Shown: positions 37,601 through 46,852, numbered from the stretch's first letter. The stretch: DNA of 64,000 bases from an uncultured delta proteobacterium (GCA_963806225.1 CAWDXG010000004.1:128001-192000); one strand, 5' to 3'. Made by a program: numbers and translations. The notes: a model not told the origin generated them from the letters alone.

Positions 37601-40600
37601 ATGGAAGCTTCGCGCAAAAGTTCGATGCGCGCCGCCTCGTCTTCCGTGTGCTCGAGCGCCCGGTCGTACAGGTTGAACAGCTCGGGCCAACGCCCCGCGG
37701 CGTTGAACGAGAGCTTCAGGCGATCGAAGGCCCAGCCGGCGGCGGGGCTGCGTTCGAGCACGCGCTCGAGCAGCCGCACGACCCGCTCGGGCTCGTCGAA
37801 CCATTCCTCGTGGAATTCGATCATGCGCTGGCCCAGCGCTTCCACGTCCTCGGGCGACAGCGAAGCGTCGAGCGCGCGCGCGTAGGCCTCGGCCAGAGGC
37901 TGCGGCCGGTCGAGCTGCCTCGTCATGCGTTCGGCGATGTCCCACAGGGCCGCGTCCATGGGGCGTTCTTCGGCCCCGCCCAACGCGATCGTCAGACTCG
38001 TCTCGGGATCGTCGGCGTAGCACTCGAGCAGTTGTTCGAGCCAGCGCCCGCGCGCTTCGTCGAGGCCGGAGCTGTCGCGCGACACGTCGAGCAGGTTCTT
38101 CAACACGGCGGCGCGCGCCTCGACGTCGCCGGCGCTCGCCGCCGCGCGCTCGAGCAGCTCCGCGGCGCGGGCGCGCGCGTCTTCGTCATCCAATGCGCGT
38201 TGCACTAGTCTCAGCACGTCCGCGTCGCCCGGAGTGGCTTCGATCATCTGCTGGAGCACGTCGAGCGCTTCGCCGGAGCGCTCCAGATCGAGCAGCATGC
38301 CCGCAATCGCCAGATCCACACCGGGACGAGCCTCCGGCTCGCTCCGCGTCGACAGCTCGCGCATCGAGGCCAGCGCGCCTTCGGGATCGCCGTGCATGGC
38401 CTGTAGACGCGCCATCTCGCCGAGCGCCTCGGTGCGCTCCGGGTCCAGCTCGAGCACCCGCCGGTACAGCTCGACCGCGGCTTCCGGGCTGCCGAGCAAG
38501 TTCTCTTCGGCAACCGCCCAGGCGAACAGCACACTCGCGGGATCGTCGGCGTGCTCGGTGCGCCACTGGAACAGCCAGCGTCGGTCCTGCAGTCGCGCCG
38601 GTGTGGCCTCGCCGCTCTGGAGGAATGCGTCGAAGGCCTCCGCCGCGGCGCCGGCCTCGTCGCCGGCCGACTCGATCACCTGGCGGTAGATCGCCGCGGC
38701 CTGGTCGTGGCGATCCGGGTCCAGAGCCAGGACGCGCGCGCGCGCCAGGAGCAGCGGCCGGGCCAACGCGGGATGGTCGCCCACGAACTCGACGGCAGCG
38801 TCGACGAGCGCGATGAAGACGTCCGCCGCACCGGCGTCGACCGCCTGGGTCTCGAGCGACACGAGCAATGCCATCGGCTGTCGCGGATCCTCGCTCGTCG
38901 AGAGCAGCACCCGGAACGAATCCGGCAGGCGCTGCCAGTCACCGGCGCGGGCATCGAGCTCGAAAAGACGCTCGGCTGCTTCGCGCTGCCCGGGCGCCAG
39001 CTCCAGTACGCGGCGGTAGAGCCGCCGCGCGAGCGCCTCGTCGCCAGCGGAGCCCTCGCCCAGCCGTGCGCCCGCCAGGAACGAGCGGGCGGCGGCCTCC
39101 GGGTCCAGCACGCCCCCGGCCTGCACCTCGCCCAGCCTCTCCAGCAGTGCCGCCTGCTCCTCGGGCACGGTCGTCCCGGCGACCCGCCGCTCGAGCACCG
39201 CGGCCAGCGTCGGTGCGTCGTTCTGCGCCGACGACAGTTCCTCGATCGCACCGAGCACCGCGTCGTCGAGCTCCCCGCTCTGCATCAGCTCGCGGTAGTG
39301 CGAGAGGGCCTGCTCGGGTTCACCGTGCGCTGCCCGGGCCACGGCCAATCTGAGCAGCGTCGCGTTCCGTCGCTCGCCCTCCGCATGCGGCAGCACGCGC
39401 TCCAGCTCCCGGAAGAGACGCTTGTGATCGCCGACCTCCTGGTACGCGTCGACCAGCGCAAGATGCGCCGTCCAGTCCCGCGCATCGTCGAGCAGTGCCA
39501 GCTTCCACGTCTCGATCGAGCTTTCCAGGTCGTTCAGGTCGCGGCGCTGCAACGACGCCATGGAGTGCAGCAGCTCGCGGCGACGCGCCGGGTCCTCCGT
39601 CCGTTCCAGTGCGGATCGGTACAGCGTCAGGCGCTCCTCGGGGCTGCCCTGCTGCGCAAGCAGCTCGTCGACGCGTCCGAGCAGCTCGGGCGAACCGGGC
39701 TCGAACGCCAGCGCGCGGCGAAAGATTTCCACGGCCTGCGCGACGTCGCCCGACGTCACCAGCGCGTCGCCCGCTGCCCGCGCGAGCGAGAGCATCTCGG
39801 GGGAATCGACGGGCAGGTCGCCGAGCGCCTCCGCCAGGCCGTTGGCGCGGAGCGCCGGGTTGCCGACGCGCCCACCAATTTCCTGGACGTGGACCAGCCA
39901 GGTGCCCAGCGCCGAGCGCTGCTCCCGCACGGCCGCCTTCAGACCCGTGGTGGCGAGTGATAGCGCCCGCTCGGGATCGCCCAGGGAGCCATCGGCAGTC
40001 CGGACCGCTTCCTCCAGTGCGGCGAGCCGTTGATCCGGCGAATCCGCAAGCTCGCTGCGTGTCTCGAGCACCTTGACCAGGCCCGTCGCGGCTTCCTCCG
40101 CGCGGTAGAGCGGTTCGAGGATGTCGGCGGCCTCGAGTCGTACCTCGCCGCTGCCCAGCAGCTTCTCGACCGCCAGGCGGCTGCCGCGCTCCGCCGGGTC
40201 GGCGGACAGGGCTTCACGGAATGCCGAAAGTGCGCCGGCCGTGTCCTCCAGCCGCGACAGCTTGATCTGGGCCAGCCGTGAGTACAGACCCGGCCGTTCT
40301 TCGTTGGGTGAAAGCTCGATTTCGCGTTCGAGCAGCCAGGCCAGCTCCTGCCACTGATGCTCCTGCTCGAGGAGCGGGAGCATCCTCGCGTGCGCGTCGC
40401 GCGCGGGACCGTAGGTGGCGATCAGCGCGCGCCACGCGGAGAGCGCCGCCCGCCGATCGCGCGTCCGCGTCGAGCGAAGATCGGCCGCACGGAACACGAG
40501 CTCGCGGGCCTGTTCGGGATCCTTCGCCCGCTGGGCACGCCGCTCCAGGACGTCGATCAATGCCTCGGGGTCGTCGTTCTGCTCGCACAGCTCCTCGAGC

Positions 40601-42138
40601 CGGGCCAGAGCCTTGTCCGCCCAGGGCGAGTCGAGCAGCGCGCGCCAGGCGCTGATCGCCCGGGCCACATCTGGCGGATCGCTCTTTTCGCACAGCTCCG
40701 CGAGGCTCCGCGCGGCGGCCTGTCGCGCTTCGGGTTCGGGCTCCAGCTTGACGACCAGCTCGAGCGCAGCGAGCTGGGCTTTCTGCGCCCCCGCCTGGGC
40801 GTGCAGGTCCACCAGCCGCCGCGCCGCCTCGAGCACAGCGCTGTCGTCCTGCGCCGACTCGACGACCTGCTGGAAGGCCGCCTGGGCACGCTTTACGTCT
40901 CCGGATTCGACAAACACGTTGCCGATCTCGGCCCCCACCCTGGCGCGGACGGCCGGGTCGCGGCAGCTCGACAGCGCGCGCTGCAGCAAACGCGCGGCGT
41001 CCTGCGGCTTGCCCAGGGCCAGGCTGAGCCGCACGTAGCGCTTGCGCACGTTGTCGTCGCCGGGATCGCCCGCGACCACCGGACCGAGTAGCTGCAGCGC
41101 GCCGGCCGCGTCATCGAAATGATCCTCGCGCAGGATCGCCAACCGCCGCTGCACGTCCATCCGCCTTGGCCCGCGCACCAGCCCGAGCTCCTTTTCGAGC
41201 ATGGCGGCGGCGTCGTCGATGCGACCGAGCTTCTGGTAGGCGTCCGACAGAGCCGCAGCCGCGCGCGGCGCCACCGGCTTGTTCTCGAGCAGGATCTCGG
41301 CGACCTTCTGCGCGGCTTCGTTGTCCGGCTGCGCCGCGAGCAGCGCTTCGACGTGCGGCGTCGCGCGCTGCGGCTCCTTCAACACCCCCGTGAAAAGCTC
41401 CATCAGGCGCACGTGGACGGGGAGCGCTTCTGCCTCGTCGGGTGGTGGTTCGCGCAACAAGGCCTGCTCGAGCACGCGCGCTGCGTCCTTCGGGCGACCG
41501 AGCGCCATGTAGCGCGCCTCCAGCGCTGCGCGCGTCGCAATGGCGCCCGGCTCGATGCGCAGAATCCGCTGGCAGATGTCGATCGCCAGCTCGTCGGCGC
41601 CTTTCGCATTCTCCACCAGCTCCGCAGCACGGCTCAGCAGCATGAGTTGCTGGTCGCGGTCACGCTCGGAGCCCGCAGCGTCGACGTAGAGCTGGGCTAG
41701 CTTCGCGTTCTGGCCGGCTTCCGTCAGCAGTCGCTCCAGCACTCCGAACGCGTCGGGATGGCCGGGCACCACGCCCAGCACCTGCTCGGCGTGCGCGATC
41801 GCGCCGTCCGGATCCCCGAAGAAGTCCGCGAAGAACGTGACCGCGTGCATGAGCAGTTCCGCCTGCTGCTCGGGAGGCAGCAGCTTCACGCGCTTGTCCT
41901 GGCTCAGGTTCTCGTACGCGAACGCGAGCTCGGCCAGCAGGTCGTCGCGCATGACTGCTTCGTGGAACTGCGGCCACAGTTCCGGGCGCGGCTGTCCTTT
42001 CGCGACGCCCATCACCAGGGTGTCGAGAACGGCGTCGGGGCTTTGCAGCGGCTGCTGCAGCACGGCTTCGAGGTCGTCCAGTCTCAATTTCAGGGTTCCT
42101 GAAGTGCGGTTTCCACCCATCGGAGCATTCGTGGACAT
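31690..42138 (-). CDS. giant tetratricopeptide-repeat protein (3482 aa; AgmK-like size and composition)
   Basis: Uninterrupted 10.4-kb ORF of TPR-like helical repeats (e.g. AVELYRRVLELDPERTEAL, AEAHYQLG); no obvious TM or signal peptide. Confidence 0.9.
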   Translation of the reverse strand: MSTNAPMGGNRTSGTLKLRLDDLEAVLQQPLQSPDAVLDTLVMGVAKGQPRPELWPQFHEAVMRDDLLAELAFAYENLSQDKRVKLLPPEQQAELLMHAVTFFADFFGDPDGAIAHAEQVLGVVPGHPDAFGVLERLLTEAGQNAKLAQLYVDAAGSERDRDQQLMLLSRAAELVENAKGADELAIDICQRILRIEPGAIATRAALEARYMALGRPKDAARVLEQALLREPPPDEAEALPVHVRLMELFTGVLKEPQRATPHVEALLAAQPDNEAAQKVAEILLENKPVAPRAAAALSDAYQKLGRIDDAAAMLEKELGLVRGPRRMDVQRRLAILREDHFDDAAGALQLLGPVVAGDPGDDNVRKRYVRLSLALGKPQDAARLLQRALSSCRDPAVRARVGAEIGNVFVESGDVKRAQAAFQQVVESAQDDSAVLEAARRLVDLHAQAGAQKAQLAALELVVKLEPEPEARQAAARSLAELCEKSDPPDVARAISAWRALLDSPWADKALARLEELCEQNDDPEALIDVLERRAQRAKDPEQARELVFRAADLRSTRTRDRRAALSAWRALIATYGPARDAHARMLPLLEQEHQWQELAWLLEREIELSPNEERPGLYSRLAQIKLSRLEDTAGALSAFREALSADPAERGSRLAVEKLLGSGEVRLEAADILEPLYRAEEAATGLVKVLETRSELADSPDQRLAALEEAVRTADGSLGDPERALSLATTGLKAAVREQRSALGTWLVHVQEIGGRVGNPALRANGLAEALGDLPVDSPEMLSLARAAGDALVTSGDVAQAVEIFRRALAFEPGSPELLGRVDELLAQQGSPEERLTLYRSALERTEDPARRRELLHSMASLQRRDLNDLESSIETWKLALLDDARDWTAHLALVDAYQEVGDHKRLFRELERVLPHAEGERRNATLLRLAVARAAHGEPEQALSHYRELMQSGELDDAVLGAIEELSSAQNDAPTLAAVLERRVAGTTVPEEQAALLERLGEVQAGGVLDPEAAARSFLAGARLGEGSAGDEALARRLYRRVLELAPGQREAAERLFELDARAGDWQRLPDSFRVLLSTSEDPRQPMALLVSLETQAVDAGAADVFIALVDAAVEFVGDHPALARPLLLARARVLALDPDRHDQAAAIYRQVIESAGDEAGAAAEAFDAFLQSGEATPARLQDRRWLFQWRTEHADDPASVLFAWAVAEENLLGSPEAAVELYRRVLELDPERTEALGEMARLQAMHGDPEGALASMRELSTRSEPEARPGVDLAIAGMLLDLERSGEALDVLQQMIEATPGDADVLRLVQRALDDEDARARAAELLERAAASAGDVEARAAVLKNLLDVSRDSSGLDEARGRWLEQLLECYADDPETSLTIALGGAEERPMDAALWDIAERMTRQLDRPQPLAEAYARALDASLSPEDVEALGQRMIEFHEEWFDEPERVVRLLERVLERSPAAGWAFDRLKLSFNAAGRWPELFNLYDRALEHTEDEAARIELLREASMAAKDFAADPDRAILYLEQLNRAAPGDARIESSLERLYEREGRLQPLIELLSQRLPGLEGSELADQRARIASLWLDLGEALPAFELLEALLDDASDGAGGYELLERLVALPASRDTMTPSSGGRRRKRNFTVRDRAARRLKNHYEAEGRTADMARMLEIELEAANDDKTRIKGLEEIVRLRLDTLDDPQGAFDAMSSLVAIKPASPEYRQRLAELAERTGSAARRAGLLVAVARRSDDAALGFGLLSEAATVYRELGESSAAIDLFAEVLSPENEDNDLALEAARALDKLLEDSGRAPERCDVLERRVDLESDPDARRRALGEAARVAAAELGDPGRAVRNWQRRLEDDAGDREALDGLVDALAQAGSWRDLIVALEQRAELGGDSAEVRVDRVRIARTLAERLTDNAAAIEVWRRVRSEHGRDAESFDALVALLEAEQRWTELATLLGEEAGATDDAEARSALLRQLGELHRSRTGDAGAALKAFVAAGQWPLAVEVAASDAARSEDHQVLHDLLELSIEAWQRDADDSGAARAASWGLDVLSSRLTTEGKHQDVVELYLRGAGLPFETERRRELKRDAAVLCAERLGDRARAIELFQQLFAEDPADSVASGAVGGLAALLEQEDRQGELAALWEEQARCRAQAGENTVGAELWARAATICRDRLDDEERAAEDFRQGAGLGGEASLEALARIHEARGEHRRAAEVLEWLVAQSSPDALAPRALELAEAYASAGLRKRARARLEQALERAVDPAALRQRLGVLYREVSDWEALAGLLVTEAESAPAPAAKLALLREAANLHLEKREDPAAAVPLLEQAAALDPEDASLPLALSDALAQAGRFDEASAILRARIERYGSRRPKDRALVHFALARVALAAGQREEALAELGAANRIDQAHAGILHALARLAFEEGELERAERMYRALLLVLGRGANAEGPSRAEALLDLSEIAAQKDDPVRAGEFVESALEAALESDHEARRLEQALRRRGRQELLTRALEARLAGNLEPADAARVLADLVVLHAENAAAEAPRQSGIRNRAQGIQNKLEAANNPDDAAWAALGRVYDWLGDRDAEAQVLERRVAAWQDGETPSDAEPLYRLAEVRLGDPDTCEEGLGLLDRGLELAPDPDRAESLLRPVLDAPDAPERALALLERIGRMEGREATLAEALARIARASARRPDVLHEAVALSERVGDPGLAETVLQAALDNDMELQDADAAWLRLELARLHALGGRRGQALELRELAASFLPTDERRALMLDVAREAREGLDDLERAARIYEELLLREPADGEVWRPLLDVQRRLGHRDRVIQLIEQTAPLVESIEDRSKLRTEQATLLIEGDEQLDEAEQILKEVLEDNPADESAGPLLASILEKSGRLDELVLLLVTQVDAAKDRQDVDAIEKLSLRLGGLLEEQDRSDDALDVYRAMLDWNAQSRPALTAVLRLAEAKGDEFSIGEALEGLLQVERGEQAKALLERLITLRADQGDEEGQERALELGAIACPEDEELRQQLVTRYRERGDSGGLARVLRQAVERGATDLATITELVEAHRAAGEPEPALELIERLVDEEAPEPALLAGRAALLGELGRDDEALAELERAHAVDGGYTDRLIEALERAVARAEPPRDQELTLRLVEVLEAAGEIDGARARLGELIRETPGNVEALRRLAVLETTAEEWSAAADAYNQLVAVEQGADLVDAALRLADACQRAGRFNDARAGLEHALTVAPDNELVREWIAALYESTGAHRELAQMLLDQAAAETEPERRVQLLLDAGQLLLAPDGDPGLGAQVLEEARTLAPGNIASAVLLARAYALNGRSADAMALLEEVVSAQRGRRVKELSDVYREMSWIQTEEGFLSDALASLTRAFEMDPRNGPVAIQLGQLALDVDDDDIAMRAFRAVTMMRPTGDNPSEGATSEAKAEAHYQLGRLSMKQGDPRKAKILVSKALTENPDHELARTLYEQLGGG

Positions 42139-42356
42139 ACAGCCCCCGGATTTTCCGCCGCCCCGAGGGCGCGCGGGACAAATACGCTACCAGAGTCATG
42201 GGCTTCCGAGGGAACGAAGCTTGCTCACGCCGCATTGCGGCATGGGACCGTCCCGGCGCGCGCGAACGGCGGCTGGTGCGTCTGGTGCCGCTGGTCTAGA
42301 AAGTCGGCGGGTGCCCGCCCCGGACGGACCGGTGCGGACCCGGAAAGGAGGCCAGG

Positions 42357-43382
42357 TTGAAAGACGTGCGTTTGACGCAGCTCGTCCAGGGCGGTGGCTG
42401 AGCACGGAAGCTGCCCGCCGAGGACCTGGTCCAGGTCCTGAGCCAGCTCCCTGCCCTGCCTCATCGTTGGGTCGGCTCCGAAGCCGGATCGCTCGACGAC
42501 GCGGCACTCGTGCGTCCGGAGGGCGCCGCCCGCTCGCTCGTCCTCACCCTCGACGTGATCACGCCCATCGTCGACGATCCGGGCTCGTTCGGGCGCATTT
42601 CTGCGGCAAACGCCCTGAGCGACGTGTACGCCATGGGCGGCGCGCCCGAGGTGGCGCTCTCGTTTGTCGGCGTGCCGGACCAGGTCGGTCTGGACGTGCT
42701 CGAGGCCATCCTGCGCGGCATGACGGAAAAGGCGCACGAAGCGGGCTGCGCCGTCGTGGGCGGACACAGCATCCGCGACACGGAACCGAAGTGCGGGTTG
42801 GCCGTAGTCGGCTCGGTCGAGCCAGGCGCGGCCTGGACGCACCGCCGCGGCGAGGCGGGTCAGCTGCTCGTGCTGACCAAGCCGATCGGCACCGGCGTGA
42901 TTGCCCAGGCGCTTCGCAAGGACCAGGCGGAACCGGCGTGGCTCGAGGCCGCAATCCGCAGCATGGAGACTCTGAACCGCGCGGCTTGCGACGCCGGGCG
43001 CGCCCACGGCGTGACCGCCGCCACCGACGTGACCGGTTTCGGCCTGCTCGGACATCTGTCGCACATCACCGCAGCGAGCGGACTGTCCGCGACCGTGCGC
43101 CCGGACGCCGTGCCGCAGCTTCCCGGTGCGATCGACGCGGCGCGCGCCGGCCATATCCCCGGGGGAAGCCGCAAGAATCTCGCCTACGCGCGTCCGCATC
43201 TGCGCGGCGCCGACGCCATCGAGCCAGCGCTCCTCACGCTGCTGGCGGATGCGCAGACGAGCGGCGGGCTGCTGCTCACGGTGCCCGCCGGGTCGGCTTC
43301 CGCGTTGCTCGCGGCGCTGCAGGGCGCAGCGGTGATCGGCGAGCTCGTCGACAGGGAACCCGGCGTGATCGAGCTCGGGTAG
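42357..43382 (+). CDS. selD: selenide, water dikinase (selenophosphate synthetase), selenocysteine-containing (UGA at codon 15)
   Basis: SD AAAGGAGG, TTG start, reads LKDVRLTQLVQGGG-U-ARKLP in frame with DDAA, TPIVDDP..FGRISAANALSDVYAMGG, GGHS, LTKPIGTG, TDVTGFGLLGH, DAQTSGGLL. Confidence 0.9.
42402..42439 (+). promoter_or_regulatory. candidate bacterial SECIS element
   Basis: AGGACCTG-GTC-CAGGTCCT hairpin at 42421-42439; G-led loop about 27 nt after the UGA (42399-42401). Confidence 0.7.
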
Positions 43383-43476
43383 ACCGCGAAAGGCCGCGCC
43401 GGCGCAACTTTCGTGATGGCCGGCCGCGCGCGCCGCAGTAGTTGCGCGGAACCGCCGGTGCAGGGCGCGTTTGCTC

Positions 43477-43492
43477 CGGCACGCCCGATGCA
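43477..43492 (+). promoter_or_regulatory. putative sigma54 -24/-12 promoter
   Basis: CGGCACG-cccg-ATGCA: GG(43478-79)-N10-GC(43490-91). Confidence 0.55.
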
Positions 43493-43505
43493 CGGTGCAG
43501 CCCGC

Positions 43506-44600
43506 ATGCGTACACGCTCCCTCGCCTGGATCCTCGTCGCCGCCTCGAGCGCCGCCGCCCTGCTGGCAGCCTGCGAGAAGAAGAAGGCGCCGCCCACACA
43601 GGAAACCACCCCCCCCTCGACCAGCGCGTCCGCAGCTCCCGCCGCGTCCGCTGCAGCGAAGGTGACGATCGACAAGGACATGCTGTCGGCGTTCGGGCCG
43701 CTGCCGGCCGCGATGACCTCCGAAAAGAACCCGATCACCGAACCGAAGGTCGAGCTCGGTCGCATGCTCTACTACGACAAGCGCGTGAGCCGGGACGGCG
43801 ACGTGAGCTGCGAGACCTGCCACCAGCTCGACAAGTTCGGCGTCGATCACCTGCCCGTCTCGCTCGGCGAAAAGAAGCAGAAGGGCACGCGCAACGCTCC
43901 GACCGTGTACAACGCCGCCGGGCACCTCGCGCAGTTCTGGGACGGCCGCTCGCCCGACGTCGAGGACCAGGCCAAGGGCCCTGTGCTGAACCCGGTCGAG
44001 ATGGGGATGAAAGGCGCCGGGGCCGTGGAAAAGCGGCTGTCGGCCATTCCGGGCTACGTCGCCGCCTTCAAGAAGGCCTTCCCCGGGGAAAAGAACCCCG
44101 TCACCTTCGACAACTTCGCCAAGGCGGTCGGCGCTTTCGAGCGCAAGCTGGTCACGCCATCGCGCTGGGACCAGTTCCTCGCCGGCAACGACAAGGCGCT
44201 CACCGACAAGGAAAAGCAGGGGTTCAGGACCTTCGTGGAGACCGGCTGCCCCACCTGCCACACCGGCGTCTACGTCGGAGGCTCGATGTTCCAGAAGCTC
44301 GGCCTGGTCAAACCCTGGCCCGACCAGAAGGACCAGGGCCGGTTCAAGGTCACCAAGAAGGACCAGGACAAGATGATGTTCAAGGTCCCGAGCCTGAGGA
44401 ACGTGGCCGAGACGGCCCCCTACTTCCACGATGCCTCGGCGAAGACGCTGGAGCAGGCGGTCCGCATGATGGCCGAGCACCAGCTCGGCAAGAAACTCGA
44501 CGACGCCCAGGTCGCGTCGATCGTGACCTGGCTGAAGTCGCTGACAGGCACGATTCCAGAGGCGTACATCAAAGAACCGGAGTTGCCGGGCAAGACCTGA
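43506..44600 (+). CDS. di-heme cytochrome c peroxidase, lipoprotein
   Basis: LLAAC lipobox, CETCH and CPTCH, RNAPTVYN, QFWDGR, NPVEMG, FKVPSLRNV, APYFHD. Confidence 0.92.
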   Translation: MRTRSLAWILVAASSAAALLAACEKKKAPPTQETTPPSTSASAAPAASAAAKVTIDKDMLSAFGPLPAAMTSEKNPITEPKVELGRMLYYDKRVSRDGDVSCETCHQLDKFGVDHLPVSLGEKKQKGTRNAPTVYNAAGHLAQFWDGRSPDVEDQAKGPVLNPVEMGMKGAGAVEKRLSAIPGYVAAFKKAFPGEKNPVTFDNFAKAVGAFERKLVTPSRWDQFLAGNDKALTDKEKQGFRTFVETGCPTCHTGVYVGGSMFQKLGLVKPWPDQKDQGRFKVTKKDQDKMMFKVPSLRNVAETAPYFHDASAKTLEQAVRMMAEHQLGKKLDDAQVASIVTWLKSLTGTIPEAYIKEPELPGKT

Positions 44601-44673
44601 ACCGGACCCGCGCCCGAAAGCACTGGGCGCCGGCGCAGCGACGGGGCAAGCTCGCCCGCTGGAGGAACCCCGG

Positions 44674-46140
44674 ATGTTCGAGACGGCAGAGCTCGGTCGC
44701 AAGCTGGACAAGGACGAATACGAAGCCGCGGTTCCGGGGCTTCGTACCGATCTGCTCCGGGTCCAGAAGCAGCTCCACGACGCGGACTTCCCCGTGGTCA
44801 TCGTGGTCAACGGGGTGGACGGGGCGGGCAAGGGCGACACCGTGAACCTGCTCTACGAGTGGATGGACGCGCGCTACCTGTTCACCCACGCGTTCGGCAA
44901 GCCCACCGAGGACGAGCGAGAGCGGCCACCGTACTGGCGGTTCTGGATGAGCCTACCCCGGCGGGGGCGCATCGGCATCTTCTTCGGCTCCTGGTACACC
45001 GACCCGATCCTCCAGCGCACCTACGGCAAGCACGACGACGACCAGCTCGACGCGACGATGCGTCGCGTGAACGCTTTCGAGAAGGCGCTGGTGGACGACG
45101 GCGCGCTCGTCATCAAGCTCTGGTTCCACATCAGCAAGAAACAGCAGAAGAAGCGCTTCAGGTCGCTGGAGAAGTCGCCCGAGACGAGCTGGCGTGTCTC
45201 GAAGACCGACTGGAAGCACCACGACCTCTACGACGACTTCCGAGCGGTCTGCACGCGCGCCCTGCGCGAGACCAGCACCGGCGAAGCACCCTGGACGATC
45301 ATCGAAGGCACGGACGAGCGCTTCCGCCATGTCACGGTCGCCCGTCACATCATCGAACGCATCGACCAGCGGCTGGCCGCGCCGACGCCTTCACGCCCGC
45401 CGCCGCCGAATCCCGACGTCCCCGACCCGGTCACGATCCTCGACTCGCTCGACCTGTCGAAGAAGCTTGACAAGAAGAACTACGAGGAAGCGCTCGCGCA
45501 GGAGCAGGCGCGACTCAACAAGCTGAGCCGCAAGATCGCCAAGAAGCGTCTCGGCGTGATCATGGCTTTCGAGGGTTGGGACGCCGCCGGCAAGGGCGGT
45601 GCGATCCGCCGCGTGACCCACGCGATCGACGCACGACAATACCGGGTGATCCCCATCGCCGCGCCGACCGACGAGGAAAGAGCGCACCACTATCTGTGGC
45701 GGTTCTGGCGACATCTGCCCAGGCTCGGACGCTTCACTCTCTACGACCGCAGCTGGTATGGGCGCGTGCTGGTCGAGCGCGCGGAGGGCTTCGCCAGCGA
45801 AGCGGAGTGGATGCGCGCGTACAAGGAGATCAACGACTTCGAGGAGCAACTGGTCGACTACGGCATCGTGCTGGTCAAGTACTGGCTGCACATCGACGCC
45901 GACGAACAGCTGCGCCGCTTCCGCGAGCGCGAGGCGCTGCCCTGGAAGCAGTACAAGATCACGGACGAGGACTACCGGAACCGCGACAAGATGAACCTGT
46001 ACGAGCAGGCGGCGAGCGACATGGTGGCGCGTACCAGCACCGAGTTCGCACCGTGGACGCTCGTCGAAGCGAACGACAAGCGCTACGCGCGGCTCAAGGT
46101 GCTGCGCACGGCCTGCGACCGCATCGAGGCCGCGCTGTAG
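44674..46140 (+). CDS. polyphosphate kinase 2, two-domain (polyphosphate:AMP phosphotransferase type)
   Basis: Two PPK2 domains with NGVDGAGKG and FEGWDAAGKGG, DRSWYGRVLVER; SD GGAGG. Confidence 0.92.
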   Translation: MFETAELGRKLDKDEYEAAVPGLRTDLLRVQKQLHDADFPVVIVVNGVDGAGKGDTVNLLYEWMDARYLFTHAFGKPTEDERERPPYWRFWMSLPRRGRIGIFFGSWYTDPILQRTYGKHDDDQLDATMRRVNAFEKALVDDGALVIKLWFHISKKQQKKRFRSLEKSPETSWRVSKTDWKHHDLYDDFRAVCTRALRETSTGEAPWTIIEGTDERFRHVTVARHIIERIDQRLAAPTPSRPPPPNPDVPDPVTILDSLDLSKKLDKKNYEEALAQEQARLNKLSRKIAKKRLGVIMAFEGWDAAGKGGAIRRVTHAIDARQYRVIPIAAPTDEERAHHYLWRFWRHLPRLGRFTLYDRSWYGRVLVERAEGFASEAEWMRAYKEINDFEEQLVDYGIVLVKYWLHIDADEQLRRFREREALPWKQYKITDEDYRNRDKMNLYEQAASDMVARTSTEFAPWTLVEANDKRYARLKVLRTACDRIEAAL

Positions 46141-46309
46141 CGACGGCGCTCCCCGTGGTGCGGCGCCGGGGCCGCTGGCCGCCTCCCCGACCCCCCGGAG
46201 CCTACACAAAACGCAAGCGGCATCCAGATGCCACTTGCATGTGACGCAGGACCGGGAAGGATCCCGCGCGCTGGCCGTAGCAGGCTCAACCAACGGAGGA
46301 GTTGCACCC

Positions 46310-46744
46310 ATGAGATTCACCAAGCTCGCGACCGCAGGCATTCTCGTTCTCGCCGTCGGCGGCATGGCCGCCTGCCACAGCGGCCCCGAAGGCAAGTACT
46401 CGCTCGACAAGACCGAGATGAAGAAGCAGATGGAAACGAAGGTCGCGAAATTGCCGAAGGAGCAGCAGGCCTTCGCCAAGCTTGCGACGGCCATGATCGA
46501 CGCGATGAACATGGAGGTCGAACTGCAGAGCGGCGGCAAGCTCCACGCGACGTCGACCAAGCCCGCGTTCGAGAAGGGCAAGCCGGCCAAGACCGAGAGC
46601 AAGGACGGCACCTGGCACAAGGACGGCGAGAAGCTGATCCTGACCATCGACGGCAAGGACCTGAAGTGCGACCAGACGGGCAAGTCGCTCTCCTGCACCG
46701 GGGACAAGCCCGGCGAGCCGCCCATGGTCTTCGTCAAGTCGTAG
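46310..46744 (+). CDS. hypothetical lipoprotein (small beta-rich, lipocalin-like pattern)
   Basis: SD GGAGGA, lipobox-like MAAC, GKY..GTW motifs, Lys-rich. Confidence 0.8.
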   Translation: MRFTKLATAGILVLAVGGMAACHSGPEGKYSLDKTEMKKQMETKVAKLPKEQQAFAKLATAMIDAMNMEVELQSGGKLHATSTKPAFEKGKPAKTESKDGTWHKDGEKLILTIDGKDLKCDQTGKSLSCTGDKPGEPPMVFVKS

Positions 46745-46852
46745 ACCGGCTGGCGACTGGCCGTCGGGCTGCGGACGGCCCCGCCGCCCGCGGATTTCCT
46801 GGCCGGCGGGGCCTCTGCCTCGCCGGCTCGTCCGCGCAGAAACCGCGGCTCC

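Noticed and set aside
42139..42356. tRNA-Sec or other ncRNA upstream of selD
   Set aside because: No UCA anticodon arm, T-loop or cloverleaf recognisable
42510..43382. selD as a 290-aa ORF or nonsense pseudogene
   Set aside because: Upstream SD/TTG, the conserved N-terminal loop and the SECIS-like hairpin favour Sec read-through
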